Shown here piece by piece: positions 26,408 through 36,101 of a stretch of 64,000 bases of DNA (positions are counted from its first letter, which is position 1; each line of letters opens with the position of its first letter). The notes beneath the pieces are model-generated. The model made no database searches. It was not told where the DNA came from and worked only from the letters and a program-made list of their open reading frames with translations. The stretch lies in the NCBI GenBank assembly GCA_963422735.1, contig OY730476.1, positions 2,144,001-2,208,000 of the forward strand. Direction: 5' to 3'. Made by a program: the position numbers and the translations under genes. The DNA is from Candidatus Latescibacterota bacterium. Its GTDB lineage: Bacteria > Latescibacterota > UBA2968 > UBA8231.

Positions 26408-28177
26408 ATGCGAATGAGTCGGCTTTTCAGCCAGACCTTGCGCGAAGTTCCTACCGACGTGGAGGTAGCCAGCCACCAACTTTTGCTGCGAGCGGGCTTT
26501 ATCCGCCCACTGGCCAGCGGCATCTTCAGCTATTTGCCCCTAGCGCAGCGGTCGATGCACAAGATCGAGGACATTATTCGCCGCGAGATGGACGCCATCG
26601 GCGGCCAAGAGATCACCATGCCGGTGGTGCATCCGGCCGAACTCTGGCAGCGGACGGGGCGTTGGTACGCGGTTGGCACGGAGATGGGCCGTTTCCAAGA
26701 CAAAAACGACCGCGACATGGTGCTGGCCATGACCCATGAGGAAGTCGTAGCCGACTTAGTCAGCCGCGAGATCAAATCCTACAAGCAACTACCTCAGCTA
26801 GTCTATCATATCCAGACCAAGTGGCGCGACGATCCCCGCCCTCGCTCGGGCCTCATCCGGGTGCGCGAGTTCACCATGAAGGACTCCTATAGCCTCGACG
26901 CCGACTGGAAGGGCCTCGAAAAGCAATACCGCGCCCATTACCAGCAGTATTTCAACATCTTTCATCGCTGCGGTCTCGACGTACTCGCGGTCCGCTCGGA
27001 CACCGGGATGATGGGCGGCGAGCTGGCCCACGAATACATGTACCTAACGCCGATCGGCGAAGACACCCTGCTCTTGTGCGACGGCTGCGGGTACTCTGCC
27101 AACCGCCAGATCGCCACCTTCGCCAAACAGGCCAACCCGGCCGAAGCACCCGCCGCGCCCGAGAAAATCGCCACGCCCAATACCACCACCATCGAGGAGC
27201 TGACCGCGCTGCTCGACATCCCCGCGCACAAGACCGCTAAGGCGCTCTTTGTGATGGCCACTGTCGGCGACGGTCGGGACAAGAAAGACGCGTTTGTGCT
27301 GGCGGTTGTGCGCGGCGACATGGAAGTCAACGAGACCAAGCTGGCCAACGCGGTTGGTGCACTCGAAATGTGGCCAGCGCGGGACGAGGAAATACGCGCC
27401 GTCGGCGCAGAGGCAGGTTATGGATCGCCCATCGGCGTCGAGGGAGCACTGGTCGTCGTCGATGACTCAGTGGCATCCTCGCCCAACCTAGTGGCCGGTG
27501 CCAACGAGCCGGGCTACCACTTCGCCAATGTAAACCACGGCCGCGACTATAAGGCCGACGTGGTCGCCGATATCGCCACCGCCCGGCAAGGCGACGGCTG
27601 CCCTAACTGCGGCGCGGCACTGCGCGAATCGCGAGGGGTGGAAGTGGGCAACATCTTCCAGCTAGGCACCAAGTTCACCGAGGCACTCGGCGGTGATTTC
27701 CTCGACGCCGAGGGCAAGGCGCAGCCAGTCGTCATGGGGTCTTACGGGATCGGTGTGGGGCGGCTTTTGGCCTGTATCGCCGAAGAGCACCACGACGAAA
27801 ACGGCTTGGTGTGGCCCATCGCCGTCGCACCCTACCAAGTACACATCGTCCTCCTCGCCAAGGGAGAAGGCGCAGCGCAAGACGCGGCCGAGCAACTCTA
27901 CGCCGACCTCGCGGAGCGCGGTGTTGAAGTTCTTCTCGACGACCGCCGCGAAAACCCAGGGGTCAAGTTCAACGACGCCGACCTGATTGGGATACCGGTG
28001 CGGGTGACGGTGGGGGCTCGCGGTTTGCAGCGAGGGATTGTCGAGGTCAAGCTGCGGCGCGCAAAGGAGCGGCAAGAAACGCCGGTGGAGCAAGCGGTAG
28101 AGTGCGTGGTCGAGCAAGTAGAGAAGTTGCAACGCGAGTTGGAGGAGCGGGTGGTGGAAGTGGAGTACTTAGGATAA
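26408..28177 (+). CDS. proS: Proline--tRNA ligase (bacterial type with INS editing domain)
   Basis: SHQLLLRAGFIR, THEE, WRDDPRPRSGLIRVREFTMKDSYS, GVEVGNIFQLGTK, MGSYGIGVGR. Confidence 0.99.
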   Translation: MRMSRLFSQTLREVPTDVEVASHQLLLRAGFIRPLASGIFSYLPLAQRSMHKIEDIIRREMDAIGGQEITMPVVHPAELWQRTGRWYAVGTEMGRFQDKNDRDMVLAMTHEEVVADLVSREIKSYKQLPQLVYHIQTKWRDDPRPRSGLIRVREFTMKDSYSLDADWKGLEKQYRAHYQQYFNIFHRCGLDVLAVRSDTGMMGGELAHEYMYLTPIGEDTLLLCDGCGYSANRQIATFAKQANPAEAPAAPEKIATPNTTTIEELTALLDIPAHKTAKALFVMATVGDGRDKKDAFVLAVVRGDMEVNETKLANAVGALEMWPARDEEIRAVGAEAGYGSPIGVEGALVVVDDSVASSPNLVAGANEPGYHFANVNHGRDYKADVVADIATARQGDGCPNCGAALRESRGVEVGNIFQLGTKFTEALGGDFLDAEGKAQPVVMGSYGIGVGRLLACIAEEHHDENGLVWPIAVAPYQVHIVLLAKGEGAAQDAAEQLYADLAERGVEVLLDDRRENPGVKFNDADLIGIPVRVTVGARGLQRGIVEVKLRRAKERQETPVEQAVECVVEQVEKLQRELEERVVEVEYLG

Positions 28178-29505
28178 TGTTCGTCGAAGGCCACACCGAT
28201 CAACTCAGCTACCAGGCCGGTGAACAAGTGCGCTTTCACGTGGCCACCAGCGCGGACGAATACGCGCTGGAAGTGGCGCGGATAGGTGCCGAGCGCGAAG
28301 TGGTATGGCGGCAGGACCAACTGCCTGGAGCAGCCCATCCGGTGCCAGAAGACGCTTCGTCCAATGGCTGCGGCTGGCCGATTTCCTGCGAGTTGGAGGT
28401 GCCGGACGATTGGCGCAGCGGGTACTACGAGTTCGCGCTGCGCGTCGAGGACCAAGGCGGCAAGTTCGTGCGGCGGGGGCGGCGCACGGCCGAGAGCCGG
28501 GGCTTTTTCATCGTCCGCCCCGCAGGCCCCACGGACGCCCAAATCCTCTTGCAGTTAGCGACTAATACTTACAACGCCTACAACAACTGGGGGGGCTACA
28601 GCTTCTACGGCTATCACGGCCGCGGCGGCTTGCAGGGGCATCGCGTCTCCTTCGACCGTCCGCTGGCCGGGCTGTTCGACCGCTGGGAGCGCGACTTTGT
28701 CGAGTGGGCGGAGGGCGCTGGATACGCGCTTTCCTACTGCGCCAATTCCGACCTCGAATGGCATCCCGAACTGTTGGACAACTACCGGCTCGTGCTCAGC
28801 GTGGGGCACGATGAATACTGGTCGGCTCCCATGCGCGACCACCTCGAAGCCTATGTCGCCGCCGGGGGTAACGCCGCGTTTTTCAGCGGCAACTCGGTGT
28901 GCTGGCAGGTCCGCAGCGAAGACGATGGCCGGGCACTAGTGTGCTGGAAGCAACAGTTCAACATGGACCCAGCCTACGCCGCCGGAGACTACGCGAACCT
29001 TTCGACCTTGTGGAGTCACCACCTCGTGGGCCGGCCGGAAAACGAGTTGACCGGCGTCGGTTTCCTCTACGGGGGCTATCACCTCAGCCACGGGCAATAC
29101 TTGGACGGGCCCGGGGCGTTTGCAGTCCATCGTCCGGAGCACTGGGTTTTTGCGGGGACGGGCTTGCAGCGAGGCGATAGCTTCGGAGGCGAGCACACCA
29201 TCGTCGGCTATGAGTGCGACGGCTGCGAGTACGCGCTGGAAAATGGGCTGCCGGTACCCAAGGGTAGTTACGGCACCCCGGCGGACTTTACTATCCTGTG
29301 TACCGCCCCGGCGCGGTGGCACCCAGACGACAGCGAGTGGTATGAGCGCTGGGAAAAAGGCAGAGAGGGTACGGCGATCATGGGCGTCTATACTCGCGGC
29401 GGCACGGTATTCACCGCCGGGACAACCGACTGGTCGCACGGGCTTAAAGGAGACGCGACCGTTGCCCAGATTACCCGCAATGTTCTCGACCGGCTGAGCC
29501 AGTAG
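28177..29505 (+). CDS. N,N-dimethylformamidase large(beta)-subunit-like protein (DUF6605-like)
   Basis: TYNAYNNWGG, VSFDRP, SVGHDEYWS, FFSGN..WQVR, GYECD, TVFTAGTTDW; TAATG overlap with proS. Confidence 0.8.
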   Translation: MFVEGHTDQLSYQAGEQVRFHVATSADEYALEVARIGAEREVVWRQDQLPGAAHPVPEDASSNGCGWPISCELEVPDDWRSGYYEFALRVEDQGGKFVRRGRRTAESRGFFIVRPAGPTDAQILLQLATNTYNAYNNWGGYSFYGYHGRGGLQGHRVSFDRPLAGLFDRWERDFVEWAEGAGYALSYCANSDLEWHPELLDNYRLVLSVGHDEYWSAPMRDHLEAYVAAGGNAAFFSGNSVCWQVRSEDDGRALVCWKQQFNMDPAYAAGDYANLSTLWSHHLVGRPENELTGVGFLYGGYHLSHGQYLDGPGAFAVHRPEHWVFAGTGLQRGDSFGGEHTIVGYECDGCEYALENGLPVPKGSYGTPADFTILCTAPARWHPDDSEWYERWEKGREGTAIMGVYTRGGTVFTAGTTDWSHGLKGDATVAQITRNVLDRLSQ

Positions 29506-29632
29506 TGCTGGCATACCACTCCGTCCACGCGAAATGGAAAACGCCGCGGCCCCTGTTCAGCATGGAGGGCGGATAGAATGATGATTCCCGAGCTTGCAAC
29601 TTCCGCAGCCTACATGAAAAGCTTTAGAAGCT

Positions 29633-29676
29633 GTCTGCTTCACCCGGCCTTTGGGCAGGACCGGCGCGGTGAAGCC
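29633..29676. repeat. 44-bp palindromic mini-element, copy 2
   Basis: gtctgcttcacccggcctttgggcaggaccggcgcggtgaagcc. Confidence 0.9.
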
Positions 29677-30216
29677 CGCGGCGCACCCGGAATGTTCAGA
29701 CCGCTTCTTACATCGAAGCCACCCCTCTGCGCCACCCCCAACGGCTGTTGCGCTTGTGGAGCATACCCGCCATCGGGTGTCTGCGATGGCGAGCCGTGTT
29801 GCATACACACAAACCGAACCCGATCAAAAAGCATAGATACCCCGCACAAAGCAGCTTTCGACGAGTACTTGACCACCTACAACAACTCATCGCAGAGCCA
29901 ACCAAAATACAACATCAAATACCACACGTTATCAATATGTTGGTGTCATGTAGTTAGGGATGGATGTCTCGTATCTCGTTTCATCAATTTGAAATTTTCA
30001 TCTGCCAGTTTCTAAATATTTCGCGGGAGTTTTCGATAACACTCCCAAAAGGAGGGGTTTGCAAAGTGATTCACAATTCTTTGCACTTCCCTGTCCGGAA
30101 ATCCACAATTGCTTGATTAGCAAGTTGATTTCGCATCTTGCCAAACTTGCGGCATCGCCATCCAAAGCAGACGACCCCACAACGACGGCCACCCCACAAA
30201 GGCCCACTGAAAACCA

Positions 30217-30906
30217 ATGAGCCATTCCGTTCGACGCCATCTGCGCGTTGAAATCGAGGCATACGACCAGACCATCCGCGCTTTCATTCCCGCCTACGAG
30301 GAAATGCTAGCGCGAGCAGCAGATGCCGTGGCCGCAACCAAGCCAGAAAAAGTAATTGACCTCGGCGCTGGCACGGGCGCGTTGGCGCAAGCCGTATTGC
30401 AGCGATGCGAGGGAGCCAAAGTCGAGCTGATCGACGCCGATGCCGAAATGCTCGATCAGGCCCGCGAACGACTCGCGCCCTTTGCTGCACGAGCGCAGTA
30501 CACCGTGCGAGCGTTTCAAGGTACGCTACCTGCCTGCGACGCAGTAGTCGCCTCCCTCGCACTACACCACGTTCCCACCCTGGCCGAAAAACGGACGATC
30601 TTCAGCGCGATTCACGCTGCGTTGCGCCCGGGCGGCGCGTTCATCAACGCGGATGCGACCATGCCCGCCGATCCGTTCGCTCGCCAAGCCGAATACGAGA
30701 CTTGGGCGGCCCACCTCATCTCCTGCGGCATCGCCGAGGAGCGCGCTTGGACCCATTTCGAGGAATGGGCCGATGAAGACACCTACTTTCCAGTGGAAGA
30801 CGAACTCGCCGCGTTGACGGACGCCGGTTTTGACGCGGCCTGCCTATGGCGCGTCGTACCCGTCGCGGTTATAAAAGCAGCTAAATCCACTGAACAGGGT
30901 GAATGA
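30217..30906 (+). CDS. Class I SAM-dependent methyltransferase
   Basis: VIDLGAGTG, ASLALHH, LRPGG.FINAD. Confidence 0.92.
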   Translation: MSHSVRRHLRVEIEAYDQTIRAFIPAYEEMLARAADAVAATKPEKVIDLGAGTGALAQAVLQRCEGAKVELIDADAEMLDQARERLAPFAARAQYTVRAFQGTLPACDAVVASLALHHVPTLAEKRTIFSAIHAALRPGGAFINADATMPADPFARQAEYETWAAHLISCGIAEERAWTHFEEWADEDTYFPVEDELAALTDAGFDAACLWRVVPVAVIKAAKSTEQGE

Positions 30907-31009
30907 CGAGTTGTAATGATGCTCTAGTGCGCCACCCCTCGCCTGCGGAACCCGCAAGCAGGAGATACCCGTGCGGCTTGGTATAGTCTCCGCCGATGAT
31001 TGACCGGAA

Positions 31010-31270
31010 CCGATCAGGGTTGCATACCCCAGCAACGATTTGAGCAGCATGCTCGACAGTGCCTTCGGCTCGAAAAGCGTCAGGGTCAGGAAGGTGGTGC
31101 TGACCGGGATACCCCAGCGGGTCAGCAAGAGCAGGACGAAGGGCGGGACGCAGTAAATCCAGCTAAAGTGCTCAGGCACTTAGATCGCCTGAATCCTGTC
31201 ATAAGAAACATCCCCGTTATGTGCCACCCACCCATACACGAGGACCACCGCTTTGCTGTGCTCGGCAAAG
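31010..31270 (-). pseudogene. Remnant of a hypothetical membrane protein (permease-like) with in-frame stop
   Basis: ..NGDVSYDRIQAI*VPEHFSWIYCVPPFVLLLLTRWGIPVSTTFLTLTLF..SMLLKSLLGY. Confidence 0.6.
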
Positions 31271-31338
31271 AAATTTGGCCTCGGCCCGTTGCACCATTAT
31301 TTTTTCAGGTCACCATTCACCGCAGCCCCGAGCCATTT

Positions 31339-33156
31339 ATGATAGCTAAAATCCTCGCCGTCCTCGTCCTATTCGCCCTACCTATTCAAGCCAAAACTCG
31401 GATCGAAGCAGCCTATGCAGCCGGCGAACTCGACTTGGAGACGGCCTTGATCTACCAAGTCCTCAGCGTGCGCGCTCCCGACCAACTGCCGGCCATCTAT
31501 CGAGAGTCTGGTGGGCCGGCGGTTTGCGGGACCCCGCACCTAGTCCAAGCCATAAGCGCGGCCCCAGACCTGAGTCCCGACTACCGCGTGCGCTTGGGCA
31601 AGCTGGTGCAGCGCCGGACGGACGCCCAGCACAATCGCCTCTCGCCATCGGGGCGCTTTCGCGTCCACTACGATACTGAGGGGCGCAACGCGGTTTCGCC
31701 TAGGGACGACGACGCCAACGACATCCCGGACTACATCGACCTCGCTCTCGCCATCCTCGACAGCACTTGGGTGCTCGAAATCGAGCAACTCGGCTACAAT
31801 CCGCCTCCTTCGGACAACGGCTTGGGCGGTGGCGACGAATACGACGTTTATGTTGTCGAGCTAGGAGTCGGCAAGAGTTATTATGGGTTTGCCTATCCTG
31901 GCACGTCCGGCGCGACCACCTACAGCTACATCGAAATTGACAACAACTTCACCGACCCAAACTACAAGCAGACTCGCGAGTTGGACGCCCTGCGCGTGAC
32001 CATCGCCCATGAGTTCCACCACGCCATTCAGTTTGGCTACTACGCGAGGGCCGACGGCAGTTGGTGGCAGGAATCGACTTCGACATGGATGGAAGAAGTG
32101 GCTTATCCGCACATCGACGATTATCTCCAGTACTTGACCTCCTTCCTCGGCTTTCCCCGCCGCGCCCTCAACTCCGGCCGTCGTGGCAGCAACCACACCT
32201 ACGGCAGTGCGATCTTTTCTCACTTCCTCGATCAGCACTACGGCCCCGATCTCGAACCCCTGATCCGGGAAGACCTGAAACAGCACCCGCCGGACCTCAT
32301 CGCGCTACGGGCGCGGTCGCATCTCAACCGCCTGATTTGGGAAGAAGTGGGTCGGCGCAAAAGCGTCCATCTCGATCATTTCGACCGCGTCCTCCGCCAA
32401 GTCGAGCCGGGCGGCCTGGGCGTCGCTATGGGCGAATTTGCCGTGTGGAACTATTTCACCAACCACCGACACCAAGACCCATACTATGCCGAAGGGGACA
32501 AATACCCGACCGTCCTCACCCGCGACATCGCCCTCGCTGCCGAAGCGGTCGTCCGCGACACCAGCCTGATAGATGCCACCGGCAGCGTCTATCTGCGCCT
32601 TGAACCGCAACTGCGCTCGGGCGGGGTCGATCTGTTCTTTGACGCCAACCAAGGGGCATGGCGTCGCCACTTGCTCTTAGTCGGCCCGGACAGCGTCTCG
32701 GTGCAGCTAGTCTCCGAGCCGACGATCCGCATCAGCGGCTGGGACCAGTTCGACGAGATCGTCCTCGTCGCCACCTCAGCCGAGCGCACCGGCTTGGCCT
32801 ACCAACACCTATTCACCGCGCAATTCGATCCCGACCTAACCGACCAGCCGGCCGCCCTCGCCACCCGACTCAAGCCCAACTACCCCAACCCGTTCCACCC
32901 CGCCCACCACCCACACACCCGGTTGGCGTTCGACCTAGCCGTCCCCAGCCGGGAAACCCGCCTCGCGCTCTTTACCGCCAACGGCACGCTCGTCTGGGAG
33001 CAAGACTTAGGCGAGCGCAGGGCGAGCGCAAACCACGCCGTGCTGTGGGATGGACGCAACGACGCCGGCAAGCTCGTGGCCAGCGGCATCTACCACCTGC
33101 TTCTCGAAGCCGACGGCACAGCCGCCAAGCGCACAATAGCCGTGCTGCGCGATTGA
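31339..33156 (+). CDS. Secreted zinc metalloprotease (MXAN_6640-like) with C-terminal FlgD-Ig/T9SS-like domain
   Basis: Signal peptide from MIAKIL, FRVHY, TIAHEFHHAIQFGY, WWQES.STWME, PNYPNPF..WDGRN..G..VASGIY. Confidence 0.85.
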   Translation: MIAKILAVLVLFALPIQAKTRIEAAYAAGELDLETALIYQVLSVRAPDQLPAIYRESGGPAVCGTPHLVQAISAAPDLSPDYRVRLGKLVQRRTDAQHNRLSPSGRFRVHYDTEGRNAVSPRDDDANDIPDYIDLALAILDSTWVLEIEQLGYNPPPSDNGLGGGDEYDVYVVELGVGKSYYGFAYPGTSGATTYSYIEIDNNFTDPNYKQTRELDALRVTIAHEFHHAIQFGYYARADGSWWQESTSTWMEEVAYPHIDDYLQYLTSFLGFPRRALNSGRRGSNHTYGSAIFSHFLDQHYGPDLEPLIREDLKQHPPDLIALRARSHLNRLIWEEVGRRKSVHLDHFDRVLRQVEPGGLGVAMGEFAVWNYFTNHRHQDPYYAEGDKYPTVLTRDIALAAEAVVRDTSLIDATGSVYLRLEPQLRSGGVDLFFDANQGAWRRHLLLVGPDSVSVQLVSEPTIRISGWDQFDEIVLVATSAERTGLAYQHLFTAQFDPDLTDQPAALATRLKPNYPNPFHPAHHPHTRLAFDLAVPSRETRLALFTANGTLVWEQDLGERRASANHAVLWDGRNDAGKLVASGIYHLLLEADGTAAKRTIAVLRD

Positions 33157-33306
33157 GAAGCTGTCTGACAACCCTCTCGTCCAGCAAACAACCGCGGCGC
33201 GAAGGTATCTCGACCACCGATCAAACGAAGCCCGTCGGCAGTTGCAACCGGCTTCTTGCGAAGGAGCTGCAGGCAAGTGCCATTGGGCACGACAGCGGGG
33301 ATCGCA

Positions 33307-33357
33307 TTGACAGTCGCGCTTTGATGACGTATGATAAAAATTAAATTATACGTCATC
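33307..33357 (+). promoter_or_regulatory. Sigma70 promoter (TTGACA-17-TATGAT) with overlapping inverted-repeat operator for the TA operon
   Basis: -35 at 33307-33312, -10 at 33330-33335; IR gatgacgtat (33323-33332) / atacgtcatc (33348-33357). Confidence 0.8.
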
Positions 33358-33372
33358 TATGAGATAAGACTC

Positions 33373-33609
33373 ATGCAAACCAAGCTTACTCTACGCTTAG
33401 AGGAGCAATTGATCGAACGCGCTAAGGCTCATGCCAAAAAGCGGGGCAAGTCCGTATCGCAGATGGTGGCTGACTATTTCGCGCTGCTGGACCGGGGCGA
33501 TCTACCAGAGACCCTAGCACCGCTCACCCGTTCTTTATATGGCATCTTAGGGGGCACTTCGGTCGATGAGGATACACACCGCGAACATCTCGAGGAAAAA
33601 TACCTGTGA
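33373..33609 (+). CDS. Antitoxin, ribbon-helix-helix (DUF6364-like)
   Basis: MQTKLTLRLEEQLIERAK.HAK..GKSVSQMVADYF..HLEEKY; overlaps the PIN gene. Confidence 0.88.
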   Translation: MQTKLTLRLEEQLIERAKAHAKKRGKSVSQMVADYFALLDRGDLPETLAPLTRSLYGILGGTSVDEDTHREHLEEKYL

Positions 33610-34046
33610 AAGTGATGGTCGATACTAATGTCGTACTCGACTTGCTGCTAGACCGGACGCCACATGCAATGAACGCAGCGCAGATTTTCTCTTTGATAGA
33701 GCGCAATGTCCTCGCTGGCTATCTCGGTGCTACCACTTTAACCGCAATACACTGCTTGGCCACAAAAGCCGTCGGTGCACAAAAATCACGGCAGGAAATT
33801 CGCAAATTACTTCGTCTCTTTGAAGTAGCCCCCGTCAATCGGGCGGTGCTAGAAGCGGCACTGGCGGCGGAAGGCTTCCGCAACTTCGAAGATGCTATTC
33901 TCCACGAGGCGGCATGCCAAGCTGACGCTGATGCCTTGGTGACGCGCAACGAAAGCGATTTCAGAAAGGCAATATTGGCGGTTTACGAACCGCGCGAATT
34001 GCTCAATATCGTCCAAGCCCGCCTTGCGGCCCCACTGGATGGGTGA
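33606..34046 (+). CDS. PIN-domain toxin (VapC-like)
   Basis: DTNVVLD, FEDAI, LVTRN..DF. Confidence 0.92.
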   Translation: MKVMVDTNVVLDLLLDRTPHAMNAAQIFSLIERNVLAGYLGATTLTAIHCLATKAVGAQKSRQEIRKLLRLFEVAPVNRAVLEAALAAEGFRNFEDAILHEAACQADADALVTRNESDFRKAILAVYEPRELLNIVQARLAAPLDG

Positions 34047-34105
34047 CCTTGCCGATAAATTCCGTTTCGGGGCATAGTCCCCTCGTCAACATAGAGTTCT
34101 GAGTC

Positions 34106-36037
34106 TTGTCAGCACCCCCGCGCCGCGTCTCCCTCCGCGCCATTGCCATCGGGGCCATCGGCTGCCTCGCTATCGCCGTGGGCGAACCTTTTGGCGTCTT
34201 AGTGATGCGAAGCTCGCCCATGGCCGCCGACTACTCGACCGGCGCGGCCCTGTTCTTGTTTTTCCTTTTTACCTTGCTCATCAACCCGCTCGCCCGATTG
34301 CTCACCGGCACCAGCCTGCACACCGGCGAGCTAGCCACCGTGTACATAATGATGGTCGTGGGGGCCGCCATTCCCTCATGGGGCCTGACCATGAACCTGA
34401 TTCCGCTCCTCGGCGGGTTCTTTTACTACGCTACCCCGGAAAACGACTGGGCCAATACCATCCAGCCCTATATATCGCAGCTCCTCGTGCCGGAAGACAG
34501 CGCAGCCATCCAAAAGTTATTCGAAGGCAACGCCCAAGGTGAACGCATCCCTTGGGGAGCTTGGGCGATACCGCTTATGGCGTGGAGCCTGTTTGTCGTC
34601 AATATGTACTTCACCACGCTGTGCGTGCTCGTCGTGCTGCGCAAGCAGTGGGTCGAGCGCGAGCGGCTCAACTTCCCGCTGGCCACCTTGCCCATAGAAA
34701 TGAGCGCCCGCGCCAAGGATCAAGTCGTCGCGCCTTTTTACCGCAATTACTTGACTTGGATCGGCTTTGCCATTCCCGCGCTTATCGGCTCTATTAACGC
34801 CCTACACCGCTATTTCAACTTCATCCCACAGATCGACCTCAACCTCTGGGTGCCTTTTTTGCGCCGCTCTATATGGGTCAACTTTCGCCCGCACTTCGAG
34901 GTCGTCGGGCTCTCCTACTTGCTCAATCTCGACATCTCCATGGGCGTGTGGTTGTTCGCCCTGCTCAACATGCTGGCCATCGGCTTGTGCCGCATGACCG
35001 GGTGGAACATCGGCCCGGAGCAGCCCTATTCCTCGCCCTCCCCGCCCAGCCTCGCCCACATCGCCCTCGGCGCACTGTTCTTTCTCGTACTGTCCAGCTT
35101 GTGGAGCGGGCGTCAGCATTTGCGTCAGGTCTGGCGCAAGGCCCTGCGCGGCGACGACTCCATCGACGACAGCGGAGAATTGCTCCCGTACCGCGTCGCA
35201 GTCTTTGGATTTATAGCCAGCTTTTTCCTCGGCCTGTTCGCGCTCTACGCCACTAACATGAACCTGCCAACCGCCTTTGTCTTTCAGCTTTCGGCTCTCG
35301 TGATCTTCGTCGGCTTGGCCCGCATCATCTCGCAGGCCGGGCTGGCCTATTGTCGCGCTCCAGTGGCTCCGGCCGTGTTTACCGTCAACACCCTCGGATC
35401 GTCGTCGGTGGGCGCCCCGGGCCTGACCGCGTTGGCACTCAACTTCCCGTGGTCTGCCGACATCCGCACCTTCGTCATGGCCTCGGCCGCTACGGGCCTC
35501 AAGCTGGCAGAAGTGACGCGCCTAGAGTATCGGCGCGTGTTCTGGGCCATTGCCGCGGCCATTGTCGTCACCCTCGTCGGCTCAATTACTGCGGTCATCC
35601 ACCTCGCGTACACCTACGGCGGCATCAACCTGAGCAGTTGGCAATTCGGCTACATGACGACCTATACCGGAAACTGGATCATCAACAACATCAACAACCT
35701 CCAACCCACCCACGTTTGGCACCTATCCTTTGCCGGCCTTGGCGCACTGTTGATGGGCCTGTTGACGTTTGTGAAAAACCGCTTCGTCGGCTTTCCCATT
35801 CACCCCATCGGCTTGGCCATCGGGCTGCCGCATCCAGTGCAGCTAATCTGGCCGTCGGTCTTTATGGCTTGGCTGCTCAAGGCACTCATTCTCAAATACG
35901 GCGGCCCCCGGCTCTACACCCGCCTGCGCCCGTTCTTTTTGGGACTAGTGCTGGGCGCGTTTGGCACAGCCGGGTTGTGGCTCATCATCGACTCCTTCAC
36001 CGGCCTGACGGGCAACCGACTGATTAACATCGGCTAG
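34106..36037 (+). CDS. Polytopic membrane protein (DUF6785/DUF6784-like, putative peptide transporter)
   Basis: RKQWVERERLNFPL, FPIHPIG, LILKYGG..LY..LRPFFLGLVLG. Confidence 0.75.
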   Translation: MSAPPRRVSLRAIAIGAIGCLAIAVGEPFGVLVMRSSPMAADYSTGAALFLFFLFTLLINPLARLLTGTSLHTGELATVYIMMVVGAAIPSWGLTMNLIPLLGGFFYYATPENDWANTIQPYISQLLVPEDSAAIQKLFEGNAQGERIPWGAWAIPLMAWSLFVVNMYFTTLCVLVVLRKQWVERERLNFPLATLPIEMSARAKDQVVAPFYRNYLTWIGFAIPALIGSINALHRYFNFIPQIDLNLWVPFLRRSIWVNFRPHFEVVGLSYLLNLDISMGVWLFALLNMLAIGLCRMTGWNIGPEQPYSSPSPPSLAHIALGALFFLVLSSLWSGRQHLRQVWRKALRGDDSIDDSGELLPYRVAVFGFIASFFLGLFALYATNMNLPTAFVFQLSALVIFVGLARIISQAGLAYCRAPVAPAVFTVNTLGSSSVGAPGLTALALNFPWSADIRTFVMASAATGLKLAEVTRLEYRRVFWAIAAAIVVTLVGSITAVIHLAYTYGGINLSSWQFGYMTTYTGNWIINNINNLQPTHVWHLSFAGLGALLMGLLTFVKNRFVGFPIHPIGLAIGLPHPVQLIWPSVFMAWLLKALILKYGGPRLYTRLRPFFLGLVLGAFGTAGLWLIIDSFTGLTGNRLINIG

Positions 36038-36039
36038 AC

Positions 36040-36101
36040 AGCAGTGGCCTGTGGCCTGTCCCAGCCCCTGACCACTAACCACTAACCACTAACCACTAAC
36101 C
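36040..36101. repeat. Short heptamer array (ACCACTA)x4 with inverted degenerate units, between convergent genes
   Basis: gcagtgg cctgtgg .. cccctg accacta accacta accacta accacta acc. Confidence 0.85.

Noticed and set aside
21543-29676. Composite transposon bounded by the two 44-bp repeats
   Set aside because: Encloses core genes thrS and proS, has no transposase, and related units occur elsewhere.
29700-29920. Possible IS481/integrase-core tail remnant (AFDEYLTTYNN)
   Set aside because: Too short and degraded; no DDE motif or terminal repeats could be confirmed.
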